In this document: positions 11,901 through 23,800 of the stretch, piece by piece
Layout: each line of letters begins with the position of its first letter
How positions within the stretch are numbered: position 1 is the first letter of the stretch
DNA from: Veleropilina oligotropha
Taxonomy: Eukaryota
Reading direction: 5' to 3'
Assembly (NCBI GenBank): GCA_048128005.1
Contig: JBEUKZ010000047.1
Span: 434,001-498,000, forward strand
Length of the DNA stretch: 64,000 bases
Notes under the pieces: model-generated
Seen by the model: the letters and a program-made list of their open reading frames with translations, nothing else
Databases searched by the model: none
Told to the model about the DNA's origin: nothing
Program-made: the position numbers and the translations under genes

Positions 11901-12595
11901 CGAAGTTTCCACCTTTCTGTATGTTCTTGTGCTTGATAGATTGTGCTTTCCATGAAAATTGGAAAGTGGTCGCTTCCGTGGAGGTCCTCACCAACTTTCC
12001 AATTAAAGTCCAGGAAAGCGGATGGGTCGCACATGGTAAGGTCAATGGTGGTAAGTGAACCTGTAGGTGGATGCATGTATGTTGGCGATTTGGTAGTGTT
12101 AAATAGACACAAATTGTGTCTCCCAATAAAGTCCTCTATTTGATGTCCCCGTTTATCTGTGTCAGTACCGCCCCAATCAGTACTGTGGGCGTTAAAATCG
12201 CCACACAGTAAAAATGGGGTCGATAGCTGATCGATGAGATCGTCAAGGTCAGTAGGTCGTAAGTTTGTACCAGGTGGTAAGTATACCGAGCAGATTGTTA
12301 TTACTCGGTGAGTCGATATTTTCACTGCTACTGCCTGTAAGTTAGTGTTTAAGTTGACTTGACTGTGTGGTGTTTTGTTGTTGACTATGATTGAAACCCC
12401 CCCTGTAGCCTTGTCACCAGTGGTGACAATGTGGTTGTATAGTGAGTGCTCTTTGATGCGTATGTTGTCTGTGAGTTTCATGTAAGTTTCATTGAGACAA
12501 AATGCGGTTGGTTTGTGTTCTTGAATTAATAGACTTATCTCATCAATATTCGGTTTAATGCCTCTACAATTCCATTGTATTATTGTGCCTGACAT
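8912..12595 (-). CDS. Element B ORF2 (APE-RT-RNase H-CCHC)
   Basis: Intact 1227 aa with the same motifs as A. Confidence 0.97.
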   Translation of the reverse strand: MSGTIIQWNCRGIKPNIDEISLLIQEHKPTAFCLNETYMKLTDNIRIKEHSLYNHIVTTGDKATGGVSIIVNNKTPHSQVNLNTNLQAVAVKISTHRVITICSVYLPPGTNLRPTDLDDLIDQLSTPFLLCGDFNAHSTDWGGTDTDKRGHQIEDFIGRHNLCLFNTTKSPTYMHPPTGSLTTIDLTMCDPSAFLDFNWKVGEDLHGSDHFPIFMESTIYQAQEHTERWKLRKADWEKFQSLCEEQLHSHQLTHGEDPISSFSTTLHDIATLSIPKTCPNAKHKNKPWFNEDCRQAIKARIHAISTFKQHPTLQNLNSFRLLRAQARRTIKHSKRESWHSYVTKLNSRSTIKKTWDMIRKISGKHTPNCIKHLKTNTSEATTAKDIANTLADTFSANSSSDNCTPKFSRFKHQKEKTRLNFRSNNTESYNQPFSQKELADSLNKAHDTSVGPDDIHYQLLKHLPGTSLTTLLAIFNTIWETGTFPPSWREATVIPIAKAGKDTSNPNSYRPIALTSCICKTMERMINERLVWYLESNNLLTEYQSGFRRNRSTTDHLVRLETFVREAFLNRQHLVAVFFDLEKAYDTTWKYGIMKDLFDFGLKGHLPNFISKFLEDRNFNVKVGDTLSDIHDQEMGVPQGSILSVTLFSIKINSIVKCISAGTDCSLFVDDFGICYRSTNMNSIERQLQHGLNKLQIWSDENGFKFSKDKTKCMHFCQRREIHDDPVLKLDDFEIPVVDQFKFLGLIFDRKLSFIPHLKYIKAKCKKALNIMKVVSNTEWGADKTVLLRLYRSLIRSKLDYGSIVYGSARHSYLKMLDPIHNQGLRLALGAFRTSPMESLYVEANEPSLTLRREKLSLQYAIKLKSNPSNPAFETVYTPNYENLFQAKPNKIAPFGIRIKPALENAGIHVGQIKTIHIPDTPPWTLKVPVIDLQLTSLKKSNTDTSDYLIKVHDLKLKYSDRASIYTDGSKDAELVGAAAVTGRQCFQNRLPGSATIYTAELKAIELALNFISTSTKRRFIIYSDSLSSLQALREMNRNVIVQEILLNYNNLLPDNDIVLCWIPSHIGIQGNEKADQAAKAASNFNNILNCKLPHSDFKQSINKYINSTWQHSWSECTRNKLQNVQPLLGDWGPSCRPSRREEVVLARLRIGHSHYTHSYLLKGEPPPECIPCATALTIKHILLDCVDLDLARQGYFRANSLQELFNLNKLEAVFEFLKQVNIFHKL

Positions 12596-12651
12596 GTTGG
12601 TTTAATGGTGTGTATTAAGTGATTTGCTTGTAATGTTAATTTTAAATTTGC

Positions 12652-13843
12652 CTATTTATTCGGTGGAAGTACGGGCTTAATGGACATTTTCGGCTTCGCT
12701 TTGGACTGCCGATCCAATGGTTGGTCGCTTTCCATTGAATCGTCGGCAGGAGGAGGTGGCCCAGGTGGATCGGGCTCTCCTTCGTCTGCTGGTGTAATTT
12801 TTCTGCTGCCTCTCTCCCACCCTTCGTGGCAGCAGCAACAATTTCCAGCGCGAGGTCCTCTATAATGCTATCGGTATTATCAATTTGGTCATCTGATGGT
12901 TCGTTGGTATCCATCAGGTGACCAAAGCGATTATGCAGCTTAATAGGGTCCTCGGACCCTTTGGGCTGTCTGTCTGGTTTAATGTTTGTTCTATCTGATT
13001 TTGAATGTTTCTTAGAGGCTGCTGCTTTAGGAACAGCAGCAGTCTCTTTTGTAGAGTTGCGAGTAGGTTTGATAGCTTTGATTGATTTTGATGTTTGAGT
13101 TGATTCTGACGATGAAGATGCTAAATTGCTTCGAGATGGCAAAGTGCTGAAAAAAGCTTCGCCAAATGGCCAGGTGATATCCGTTTGTGTCGAAGAGGAT
13201 CTAGTGACTGGCTTTTGCTCCGGTGCTGCAGCAATTGCAGCATAGGATTTACCCGAAATGGTCCTGGATTCAACCAGTTTCCTGGCATCAGGGAAAGAGA
13301 TCCGGTCGATAGTTTTGACCCTTTGGATCTCTTTCTCATGCTTCCACTTCGGGCAGTCCTTAGAGTAAGCAAAATGCTTACCCTTGCAATTGCAGCATAG
13401 TGGTGGTTTGGAGCAAGAGTCAGACTCGTGACCCTCCTCGCTACATCGAGCACATGCGGGATTCCTTCTGCATCGGTCCTTGTGATGCCCAAATGACTGG
13501 CATTTGAAGCATCTCAAGGGGTTTGGGATGTAGGGCTCTACAGGGATGATAATATAACCAGCTTTAATTGTTCTAGGTAGAACAGGAAGGCGGAAGTCCA
13601 GGATGATGGTATTGATGGGGATCTTCTTTCCATCTTTGAACATGGTCAGGCGTGTGACCTTGGTCACACCCTGGCTGTTCATGCCTTCCAGCAGTTCCTG
13701 TTCACTGCATCCCTGCAGATCCCTAGATCTAATAACTCCCTTGGAGGTGTTCAAGGACCGATGCGGTCGAATTTCAACGGGAATGTTGACAAATTTCGAA
13801 GTTCTAAGGAGATTCTCCGCATGGCTCTTCCTGGCGCATTCGA
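12652..13843 (-). pseudogene. Element B ORF1, 3' part; split by element C; 1-bp deletion near 12772 relative to E
   Basis: Zinc knuckles; CGGGCTC in B vs CGGGGCTC in E shifts the last codons. Confidence 0.9.
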
Positions 13844-14119
13844 TTTGATTTGATTTGATTTGATGTTTAACGACCACGCCGACATTATTTCAGTCATAAT
13901 CGGGTCAATAAAATAAAAATGATCGTGATTGGTATATTTACAGGTTAAAATATATAAATATCGATAAAAAGGCAAGTAAAAACAATGTAAATTTAGATAA
14001 AAAACAAAGCAATAAAATAAAATGCTAGTGATGATAAAATGGTTGATAAAAACAAGTATAATAATAAAAAACAAAATCTGAAATTTGTGAAATAAATACT
14101 ATTAAAAATAAAATATAAA

Positions 14120-17100
14120 TTATAACTTGTAGAAAATATTTACTTGTTTTAAAAACTCGAATAAAGCTTCAAGCTTAGTGAGACTAAATAACTCTTGGAG
14201 CGAGTTTGCCCGGAAGTACTTTTGGCGTGCGAGATCCAAATCGACACAATCCAATAATATATGTTTAATTGTTAGGGCACGTGCACAAGGAATACACTCA
14301 GGTGGAGGCTCCCCCCTAAGCAGGTAGCAGTGAGTGTAGTGGGAATGCCCAATTCTCAGTCTAGCTAAGACAACCTCTTCGCGGCGAATGATCCTGTAAG
14401 ATGGAACCCATTCGCCAAGAAGAGGCTTGATTGCATGCAATTTATTCCTTGTGCATTCACTCCAAGAGTGCTGCCAAGTAGTATTTATATATTTGTTTAT
14501 GCTTTGTTTAAAATCTGAATGTGGCAATTTACAATTTAGTATATTGTTAAAATGTGAGGCTGCCTTGGCAGCTTGGTCAGCCTTCTCATTGCCTTGGATA
14601 CCGATATGGCTCGGTATCCAGCATAAAACAATGTCATTGTCAGGTAAAAGGTTGTTATAGTTTAATAAAATTTCCTGAACAATAACATTTCTATTCATCT
14701 CCCTCAGTGCTTGTAAGCTAGAGAGGGAGTCTGAATAGATAATAAAACGCTGTTTAGTACTTGTAGAGATAAAATTAAGAGCAAGCTCGATTGCTTTTAG
14801 TTCTGCAGTATATATAGTCGCGCTGCCTGGCAGACGGTTTTGGAAACATTGTCTGCCAGTGACAGCGGCTGCTCCTACTAATTCTGCATCTTTTGAACCA
14901 TCTGTGTATATGCTTGCACGATCTGAATATTTTAATTTCAGATCGTGCACTTTTATGAGATAATCTGATGTGTCTGTGTTTGATTTTTTGAGTGATGTAA
15001 GTTGTAGATCAATTACCGGTACTTTTAGTGTCCATGGTGGAGTATCCGGAATGTGATTTGTTTTAATTTGACCTACATGTATGCCTGCGTTTTCTAGTGC
15101 TGGTTTGATGCGGATGCCAAATGGTGCAATTTTGTTTGGTTTTGCCTGAAACAGAATTTCGTAGTTAGGTGTAAATACAGTTTCGAAAGCTGGATTAGAT
15201 GGATTTGATTTTAATTTAATTGCATACTGCAGTGAAAGTTTTTCGCGTCTATGTGTAAGTGATGGTTCGTTTGCTTCGACATAAAGGCTTTCCATGGGTG
15301 ATGTACGGAAAGCCCCTAGTGCCAATCGAAGCCCTTGATTATGGATTGGATCAAGCATTTTAAGGTAAGAATGGCGAGCAGAGCCATATACAATGCTCCC
15401 GTAATCAAGTTTTGATCTAATTAAGGATCTATATAATCGGAGTAAAACTTTTTTATCAGCACCCCATTCAGTATTAGAAACTACTTTCATTAAATTTAAA
15501 GCTTTCTGACATTTAGCTTTAATATATTTGATATGAGGGATGAAAGTCAGTTTGCGGTCAAATATAAGGCCTAAAAATTTAAATTGGTCCACCACTGGAA
15601 TCTCAAAGTCATCCAGTTTCAGCACAGGGTCGTCGTGTATTTCACGACGCTGGCAAAAGTGCATGCATTTAGTTTTGTCCTTTGAGAATTTAAATCCATT
15701 CTCATCGGACCATATCTGTAATTTATTTAGGCCATGTTGTAACTGGCGTTCTATACTGTTCATATTTGTTGAACGATAGCAAATGCCAAAATCGTCAACA
15801 AATAATGAACAGTCAGTGCCAGTACTAATACATTTGACAATACTGTTTATTCTAATACTGAATAGGGTGACTGATAAAATACTTCCTTGAGGGACACCCA
15901 TCTCCTGGTCGTGAAGGTCGGAGAGGGTGTCACCCACCTTGACTTTAAAAATTCGGTCCTCAAGGAATTTTGAGATAAAAGTGGGCAAGTTGCCCTTTAA
16001 GCCAAAATCAAACAAATCTTTCATAATCCCGTACTTCCATGTAGTATCGTAGGCCTTCTCTAGATCGAAAAAAACAGCAACTAAGTGTTGTCTGTTTAAG
16101 AAGGCCTCACGAACAAAAGTTTCCAGACGTACCAAATGATCAATTGTGCTCCGGTTCCTACGGAATCCACTTTGATATTCTGTTAATAAATTATTGGATT
16201 CAAGATACCAAACTAATCTCTCGTTTATCATCCGTTCCATGGTTTTACAAATACAACTCGTCAGAGCTATAGGTCGATAACTGTTTGCATGCGATGGATC
16301 TTTCCCTGCCTTGGGAACTGGAATAACGGTAGCTTCCCTCCATGCGGATGGGAAGATTCCAGTTTCCCAAATGGTATTGAATAATGCAAGGAGAGTTGCA
16401 AGTGATGTTTCAGGTAAGTGCTTTAGTAACTGATAGTGTATATCATCAGGACCAGCTGATGTGTCATGTGCCTTGTTTAGTGAATCTGTGAGTTCTTTGC
16501 GTGTAAATGGTTGATTGTATGATTCAGAATTGTTAGATCTAAAGTTTAGCCTTGTTTTTTCCTTTTGATGTTTGAAACGGGTAAATTTTGGTGTACAGTT
16601 ATCGGATGATGAATTGGCAGAAAAAGTATCTGCCAAAGTATTTGCAATGTCTTTAGCTGAGGTTGCTTCTGAGGTGTTTGTTTTAATGTGCTTGATGCAG
16701 TTGGGTATATGTTTGCCGCTGATTTTACGGATCATATCCCATGTCTTTTTAATAGTGGAACGAGAGTTTAGTTTGGTAACATAGGAATGCCAGGATTCCC
16801 TTTTGCTGTGCTTGATGGTACGTCTGGCTTGTGCTCTTAATAGCCTAAAGCTATTAAGGTTTTGTAATGTTGGGTTGTGTTTAAATGTTGAAATTGCATG
16901 TATGCGTGTTTTTATTGCTTGCCTGCAGTCTTCATTAAACCAAGGTTTACTTTTGTGTTTTGCATTTGGACAGGTCTTTGGAATTGAGAGTGTTGCAATG
17001 TCATGTAATGTCGTAGAGAAACTTGATATTGGGTCATCGCCATTAGTGAAGTTGTTTGAGTGTAATTGGTCTTCGCAAAGGGATTGGAATCTTGGCCAAT

Positions 17101-17803
17101 CAGCTTTGTAAAGTTTCCACCTTTCAGTGTATGTTTGTGCTTGGTTAATTGTGCTTTCCAGGAAAATTGGAAAGTGGTCGCTTCCGCGGAGGTCCTCACC
17201 AACTTTCCAAGTAAAGTCCAGGAAAGCAGATGGGTCGCACATGGTAAGGTCAATGGTGGTAAGTGAGCCTGTAGGTGGATGCATGTATGTTGGCGATTTG
17301 GTAGTATTAAATAAACACAGATTGTGTTTCCCAATTAAGTCCTCTATTTGATGTCCCCGTTTATCTGTATCAGTACCGCCCCAATCTGTACTGTGGGCGT
17401 TAAAATCGCCACACAGTACAAATGGGGTCGATAGCTGATTGATGAGATTGTCAAGGTCAGTAGGTCGTAAGTTTGTACTAGGTGGTAAGTATACCGAGCA
17501 GATAGTTATTACTCGGTGAGTCGATATTTTCACTGCTACTGCCTGTAAGTTTGTGTTTAAGTTGACCTGACTGTGTGGTGTTCTGTTGTTGACAATGATT
17601 GAAACCCCCCCTGTTGCTTTGTCACCTGTGGTGACAATGTGATTGTATAGTGAGTGGTCTTTGATATGTATGTTGTCTGCGAGTTTCATGAAGGTTTCAT
17701 TAAGACATAATGCTGTTGGTTTGTGTTCTTGAATTAATAGACTGATCTCATCAATATTAGGTTTAATGCCTCTACAATTCCATTGTATTATTGTGCCTGA
17801 CAT
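14120..17803 (-). CDS. Element C ORF2 (APE-RT-RNase H-CCHC)
   Basis: Intact 1227 aa. Confidence 0.97.
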   Translation of the reverse strand: MSGTIIQWNCRGIKPNIDEISLLIQEHKPTALCLNETFMKLADNIHIKDHSLYNHIVTTGDKATGGVSIIVNNRTPHSQVNLNTNLQAVAVKISTHRVITICSVYLPPSTNLRPTDLDNLINQLSTPFVLCGDFNAHSTDWGGTDTDKRGHQIEDLIGKHNLCLFNTTKSPTYMHPPTGSLTTIDLTMCDPSAFLDFTWKVGEDLRGSDHFPIFLESTINQAQTYTERWKLYKADWPRFQSLCEDQLHSNNFTNGDDPISSFSTTLHDIATLSIPKTCPNAKHKSKPWFNEDCRQAIKTRIHAISTFKHNPTLQNLNSFRLLRAQARRTIKHSKRESWHSYVTKLNSRSTIKKTWDMIRKISGKHIPNCIKHIKTNTSEATSAKDIANTLADTFSANSSSDNCTPKFTRFKHQKEKTRLNFRSNNSESYNQPFTRKELTDSLNKAHDTSAGPDDIHYQLLKHLPETSLATLLALFNTIWETGIFPSAWREATVIPVPKAGKDPSHANSYRPIALTSCICKTMERMINERLVWYLESNNLLTEYQSGFRRNRSTIDHLVRLETFVREAFLNRQHLVAVFFDLEKAYDTTWKYGIMKDLFDFGLKGNLPTFISKFLEDRIFKVKVGDTLSDLHDQEMGVPQGSILSVTLFSIRINSIVKCISTGTDCSLFVDDFGICYRSTNMNSIERQLQHGLNKLQIWSDENGFKFSKDKTKCMHFCQRREIHDDPVLKLDDFEIPVVDQFKFLGLIFDRKLTFIPHIKYIKAKCQKALNLMKVVSNTEWGADKKVLLRLYRSLIRSKLDYGSIVYGSARHSYLKMLDPIHNQGLRLALGAFRTSPMESLYVEANEPSLTHRREKLSLQYAIKLKSNPSNPAFETVFTPNYEILFQAKPNKIAPFGIRIKPALENAGIHVGQIKTNHIPDTPPWTLKVPVIDLQLTSLKKSNTDTSDYLIKVHDLKLKYSDRASIYTDGSKDAELVGAAAVTGRQCFQNRLPGSATIYTAELKAIELALNFISTSTKQRFIIYSDSLSSLQALREMNRNVIVQEILLNYNNLLPDNDIVLCWIPSHIGIQGNEKADQAAKAASHFNNILNCKLPHSDFKQSINKYINTTWQHSWSECTRNKLHAIKPLLGEWVPSYRIIRREEVVLARLRIGHSHYTHCYLLRGEPPPECIPCARALTIKHILLDCVDLDLARQKYFRANSLQELFSLTKLEALFEFLKQVNIFYKL

Positions 17804-17861
17804 GTTGGTTTAATGGTGTGTGTATTAAGATATTTGTTTGTAATGTTATGTTAAAATGTGC

Positions 17862-19346
17862 CTATTTATTCGGTGGAAGTACGGGCTTGATGGGAGGTTT
17901 TGGCTTGTGCGGGCGATCCAATGGCTGATCGCTTTCCATTGGATCGTTGGCAGGAGGAAGCGGCCCAGGTGTTTCGGGGCTCTCCTCCGTCTGCCGGTGT
18001 AATTTGTCTGCTGCCGCCTTCCCACCCTTCATGGCAGCAGCAACAATTTCGGACGCGAGGTCCTCGATAATCGTGTCGGTATTATCAATTTGGTCATCTG
18101 ATGGTTCGTTGGTATCCATCAGGTGACCAAAGCGATTATGCAGCTTAATAGGGTCCTCGGACCCTTTGGGCTTTCTATCTGATTTAGTATGTTTCTTAGA
18201 GGCTGCTGCTTTAGGAACAGCAGCAGTCTCTTTTGTAGAGTTGCGAGTATGTTTGGTTGACGGTTTGATAGGTTTAATTGACTGTGACGTTTGAGTTGAT
18301 TCTGATGACGAAGATGCTAAATTGCTTCGAGATGGCAAAGTGCTGAAAAAAGCTTCGCCAAATGGCCAGGTGATATCCGTTTGTGTCGAAGAGGATCTAG
18401 TGACTGGCTTTTGCTCCGGTGCTGCAGCAATTGCAGCATAGGATTTACCCGAAGTGGTCCTGGATTCAACCAGTTTCCTGGCATCAGGGAAAGAGATCCG
18501 GTCGATAGTTTTGACCCTTTGGATCTCTTTCTCATGCTTCCACTTCGGGCAGTCCTTAGAGTAAGCAAAATGCTTACCCTTGCAATTGCAGCATAGTGGT
18601 GGCTTGGAGCAAGAGTCAGACTCGTGACCCTCCTCGCTACATCGAGCACATGCGGGATTCCTTCTGCATCGGTCCTTGTGATGCCCAAATGACTGGCATT
18701 TGAAGCATCTCAAGGGGTTTGGGATGTAGGGCTCTACAGGGATGATAATATAACCAGCTTTAATTGTTCTAGGTAGAACAGGAAGGCGGAAGTCCAGAAT
18801 GATGGTATTGATGGGGATCTTCTTTCCATCTTTAAACATGGTCAGGCGTGTGACCTTGGTCACACCCTGACTCTTCATGCCTTCCAGCAGTTCCTGTTCA
18901 CTGCATCCCTGCAGATCCCTAGATCTAATAACTCCCTTGGAGCTGTTCAAGGACCGATGCGGTCTGATTTCTACGGGAATATTAACAAATTTATCAGTTC
19001 GAAGGAGATTCTCCGCATGGCTCTTCCTGGCGCATTCGACCAGTAGGGTGCCATCTCGAAGTTTCTTAACGGATCGAGGTTCGCCCGCAAGGCCAAGGAT
19101 GGCCTTGGAGATAGCGAATGGACTCAATGAAGTAATTGGTGTATTTGAGTTCAGTGCCTCGATTGTCAAGAAACGGGGCCAACTTTCCGGTACAGGTGGA
19201 GGAGGATTAGGCAGATATGGTGCCTCTATCTCAGGATGATATGGGGTAGACCGGAAAGCGGCCATGAATTTAGAATCTTCGTCGTCATCGTCATCTTTTG
19301 AATTTTTTCGCCGTTTAGCTGCATTATTGTACGTTTTGTGTGTCAT
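17862..19346 (-). CDS. Element C ORF1 (gag-like nucleic-acid-binding protein)
   Basis: ATG at 19346 (MTHK), WPRFL, SPFAI, KLRDGTLLVE, three zinc knuckles. Confidence 0.93.
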   Translation of the reverse strand: MTHKTYNNAAKRRKNSKDDDDDEDSKFMAAFRSTPYHPEIEAPYLPNPPPPVPESWPRFLTIEALNSNTPITSLSPFAISKAILGLAGEPRSVKKLRDGTLLVECARKSHAENLLRTDKFVNIPVEIRPHRSLNSSKGVIRSRDLQGCSEQELLEGMKSQGVTKVTRLTMFKDGKKIPINTIILDFRLPVLPRTIKAGYIIIPVEPYIPNPLRCFKCQSFGHHKDRCRRNPACARCSEEGHESDSCSKPPLCCNCKGKHFAYSKDCPKWKHEKEIQRVKTIDRISFPDARKLVESRTTSGKSYAAIAAAPEQKPVTRSSSTQTDITWPFGEAFFSTLPSRSNLASSSSESTQTSQSIKPIKPSTKHTRNSTKETAAVPKAAASKKHTKSDRKPKGSEDPIKLHNRFGHLMDTNEPSDDQIDNTDTIIEDLASEIVAAAMKGGKAAADKLHRQTEESPETPGPLPPANDPMESDQPLDRPHKPKPPIKPVLPPNK

Positions 19347-19880
19347 TATTTGTGTATTGCGTTTCGTCACCCGAGGTCCCCGCCCACCCCGGAGCCCAAC
19401 ATGGGGGCATTGAATGGGTGCGGAGTTCCAGCACCCAATGCCAGGGATACCCGGGTGATATACTCAAATAAGTGAATGAATATTAGTGGTGGGAAGTGTA
19501 TATCCCACCATTCATTCCTCACTTGATTGACCCTTCAGCCACCGCCTTCTGGGATATAGATCAATGGATGTTAAGTGATCTATGATATGATGTTTTAAGA
19601 TGTAAAATTTAAATGATGTAATATTAAAATGTTAAATTATCCCAGGGCACGGCGTGACAAGCCGATTGATCAGATAGGGCCTATCTGACCTCCCGTCTAG
19701 CTGAATCCGAGGCCAAAGTAGTGTGTTGCTTCAGCCGAGGCCGAAGCTCAACTACCAGGATCCTCTTCTCCAACATCACGGGTCGCCACCCACGGCAAAC
19801 AGGTGGCTCCCATTTGGGGGGATCTTACCCCTCTGCAGAGAGAGCAGTCGGCATATTCTAACCCCTAACCGACTGGGGGG

Positions 19881-20198
19881 GGCGCATTCGACCAACAGGG
19901 TGCCATCTCGAAGTTTCTTCACTGATCGAGGTTCGCCAGCAAGACCAAGGATGGCCTTGGAGATGGCGAAGGGACTCAAAGAAGTAATTGGAGTAGTTGA
20001 GTCAAGTGCCTCGATTGTCAAGAATCGTGGCCAGCTTTCCGGTACAGGGGGTGGAGGGTCGGGCCTATATTCGGCCTCCCTCTCAGGATCGAATGGGATT
20101 GACCGGATAGCGGCCATATATTTCGCATCATCATCGTCAGAATCAATTTCATTTGATTTATTTTTTCGCCTCTTAATTGCGTGAGTGTGGTGTGCCAT
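19881..20198 (-). pseudogene. Element B ORF1, 5' part
   Basis: MAHHTHAIKRRK...GTLLVECA matches the start of element E ORF1. Confidence 0.92.
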
Positions 20199-20876
20199 AT
20201 TGTGTGTCTTAGTGTTTCATCACCCGAGGTCCCCGCCCACCCCGGAGCCCAACAAGGGGGCATTTAACAGGTGCGGGGTTCCAGCACCCAATGCCAGGGA
20301 TACCCGGGTGATATACTCAAATAAGTGAATGAATATTAGTGGTGGGAAGTGTATATCCCACCATTCATTCCTCACTTGATTGACCCTTCAGCCACCGCCT
20401 TCTGGGATATAGATCAACGGATGGTAAGTGATCTATGATATGGTATTTTAAGATGTAAAATTTAAATGATGTTATGTTTAGTGAGTGAGTGAGTGAGTAT
20501 AGTTTATCGTCGCTGTGAGCACAGCGGTGCCATAACGCGACGATAATAATGTTAAATAAAACACAAACAATAAAATGATATAAAGCCATAAAAACAAAAT
20601 GATGTAAACTACTAAAACAATAATATGTACAGCAATAAAACATTAAGTAATAAGAACAATGTCATTGTTAAATAATGAAATACAATAGATGATGTACAGC
20701 AATAAAACAAAATGATGCAAAGCAATAAAAAATACTAAACAATGTCAAAGCCAAATAATGTCAGCATCAGTAAAATATGCAACTATGAATAAAATAAGTT
20801 ATGATACGAATAAAACAAATCAATGAATGTATATTGGTCAATGTTTTTAAAAAGGTTTATATAATGGTAAATGTAC

Positions 20877-23800
20877 TCATAATTTATTAATTAAACCGTT
20901 GTCTCTAATAAATGATAAAATGCATGGTCCCCCAGTATTATTAAAAAGGTCTTTAAGATTTGATGCTGTAAAATAAGAATCTCTTATGTGAGCGTACTCA
21001 CCACAATCAAGCAAGAGGTGCTTGATTGTGAGCTGCTCATCACAAGAGATGCATACTGGTGGATCTTCCCCTTTCAGTAAGTATTCGTGGGTTAGCCGAG
21101 TGTGCCCGATTCGAATTCGCCTTAGGATTGCTTGCTCGAATCGGGATGATACGTCTAAATGTGTGTAGCCAATATTAGGTTTAAGTTGAAATAATTTATT
21201 ATAAATTTGAGTAACCCATAAATTTTGAAATAGTTTTCGGATGTAATGTAAAATGGCTGGTTTAAAATCAGTATATACAGTTTGTAAAGGATATATATTT
21301 TCTTTATTTAATGCTTCTTTAGCAGCTGCATCGGCTAAATTATTTCCAGCTATACCCACATGACTCGGAACCCAACAAAACACAATATCTCGATCAGTGA
21401 TACTGTGGTTGAGTTCAATAATTTTCAAAATCAGTTCATGAGTAGGGGAATGTTGTTGAAGGGCCTGTAAGACAGATAAAGAATCAGTAAATATAATATA
21501 ATTATTTGCTTGGGAACGTTGGATATATTGCACAGCAGTTAGAATCGCTTTGGCTTCGGCAGTGAAAATAGAACATGGAGCAGGAAGTTTATGAGTAATA
21601 CTTCTGGATCCAATTATGGTGGCACAAGAAACCTTGTCCCCATCCTTGGACCCATCAGTGAAAATTGATCGATGGGTGTCATATTTGCAGCGGATAATAC
21701 CATATTCCTGTTTGTAAACAGCTTCGTTTGTGTCAGATTTAGCAAATTTTGTTAAAGATAAGTCGACCCTTGGCAATTTTAATTGCCATGGAGGGATATC
21801 AGAGAGACGAATAGTTGTAATAAGATCAAGATCGATATTAGCGCCATTTATATGAGGTTTTATCCGAAAGCCAAGAGGTGGGACTAGCTTAGGTTTGTCT
21901 AGAAATTTGTGTTCGTATTGTGGTTGGAACACACAACTATATGCTGGATTTATAGGATTTGCGTAGAGTTTAATAGCGTACTGAAGAGATAGTTTAATCC
22001 TCCTTTGGCTGAGAGGTGGTTCATCAGATTCAACATATAGACTCTCTTTAGGAGACGTTCTAAACGCTCCCATCGATAGCCTTAAACCTTGATGATGAAT
22101 AGGATCCAACAATTTCAGAGTCGAATTACTTGCCCCGTTGTATACAATGGATCCATAGTCTAGTTTAGATCTAATTAGTGATCTGTATAAGTTGAGGAGG
22201 GTTTTCTGATCTCCTCCCCACTTTGTGTTTGCAATTACTTTTATAAGGTTCATAGCTTTTAGGCACTTATTTCTAAGGTACGTTATATGTGGTTTAAACG
22301 TAAGGCGACGATCGAGAATAAGTCCTAGAAATTTTACTTCATCTACCACCTTAATGGGGGTTCCATTTAAAGCAAGATTTGGGACAGCATGGCATCGGTA
22401 GTTCTTACAAAAGTGTACACAGTTTGTTTTGCTCTTTGAAAATTTAAATCCATTTTCATGTGACCATTTCGTTATCCTGTTAAGACATAGTTGTAATTGT
22501 CGTTCAATGGTTTGCATATGTCTGCCGCGACAGGATATGCCAAAATCATCTACAAATAATGATCCATCAATGGAATCATTTAAAACTTTTGACAGGCTGT
22601 TAATTTTAATACTAAAAAGTGTAACAGATAAAATACTTCCTTGTGGAACCCCTTGATCCTGATCGTAGTAATCGGATAAGGTGGAACCTAAACGTACTTG
22701 GAATTGTCTATCTTTTAAGAATTGAGAAATGAAGAGGGGTAAACGCCCTCTTAATCCCAATGAGTGAAGATCTTTTAAAATTCCATGCTTCCATGTTGTA
22801 TCGTAAGCCTTTTCTAAGTCGAAAAAGATCGATACAACATGGTCGCCATTAACAAAGGCATCTTTAATATAAGACTCCAGTCTTATAAGATGATCGACTG
22901 TGCTGTGGTTTTTACGGAATCCACACTGGATATCACTAATAAGATTGTTTGATTCTAAAAACCAAACAAGGCGATCATTAATCATGCGCTCCATGGTTTT
23001 ACATATGCAGCTAGTTAACGATATTGGTCGATAATTCGACGGATCTGTAGGATCTTTTCCAGGTTTGGGTAAGGGAATAACTATGGCATGATGCCATGAA
23101 GGTGGAAAATCACCTGTCGACCAAATATGGTTGAAAATATCCAACAAAACATCCAAACATGAGCTTGGTAAATGCTTGAGAAGCTGGTAGTGGATCTCAT
23201 CAGGACCAGCAGCCGTATCGTGGGATTTGCTAAGAGCAGTCAGTAATTCTGTCACAGAAAATTCATCGTTGTAATTTTCGGAATTAGCCGAAAGGAAGTT
23301 TACTTTCTGCTTCTCTTGAGTTTTTTGGTATTTCTGGAACTCTGGCAAGTAATTCTTCGATGAAGAATTACTTTCCAGAGTTTCGCCCAATTTATTTGCC
23401 ACATCAAGCTTGCTAGTGATAAGTGTGTCATCTTGCTTAAGATGGTGAAAGGAATTGCTTGAACCTTTTCCTTTGATTCGCTTCACCATATTCCACACTT
23501 TGGTAATGGGCGTTCTATTGTTTATTTTGGAAACAAAATTTCGCCATGATTCACGCCTTGATGCCTTAAACGTGCGTTTGGCAACAGCCGAAGCACGTTT
23601 AAGAGCATCAAGATTGTCTGTAGTTGGATATTTATAGAAATGTTTTGCGGCTTTCTTTCTTTTTTTTCTAGCCTGCTTACAGTCGTCGTTGAACCATGGT
23701 TTACGTATATGTGGAACTGCAGAGGATTTTGGTATCGTTTTATTTGCGATGTCAATGAGAGCATCTGAAAATGCCTTAATAGGATCATTGACTTCGAAAT

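Larger units (their letters stand above)
13844..19880 (-). mobile_element. Element C: full-length uninterrupted copy inserted into ORF1 of B
   Basis: (TCAAA)n tail; TSD GGCGCATTCGA at 13833-13843 and 19881-19891; both ORFs intact. Confidence 0.95.
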
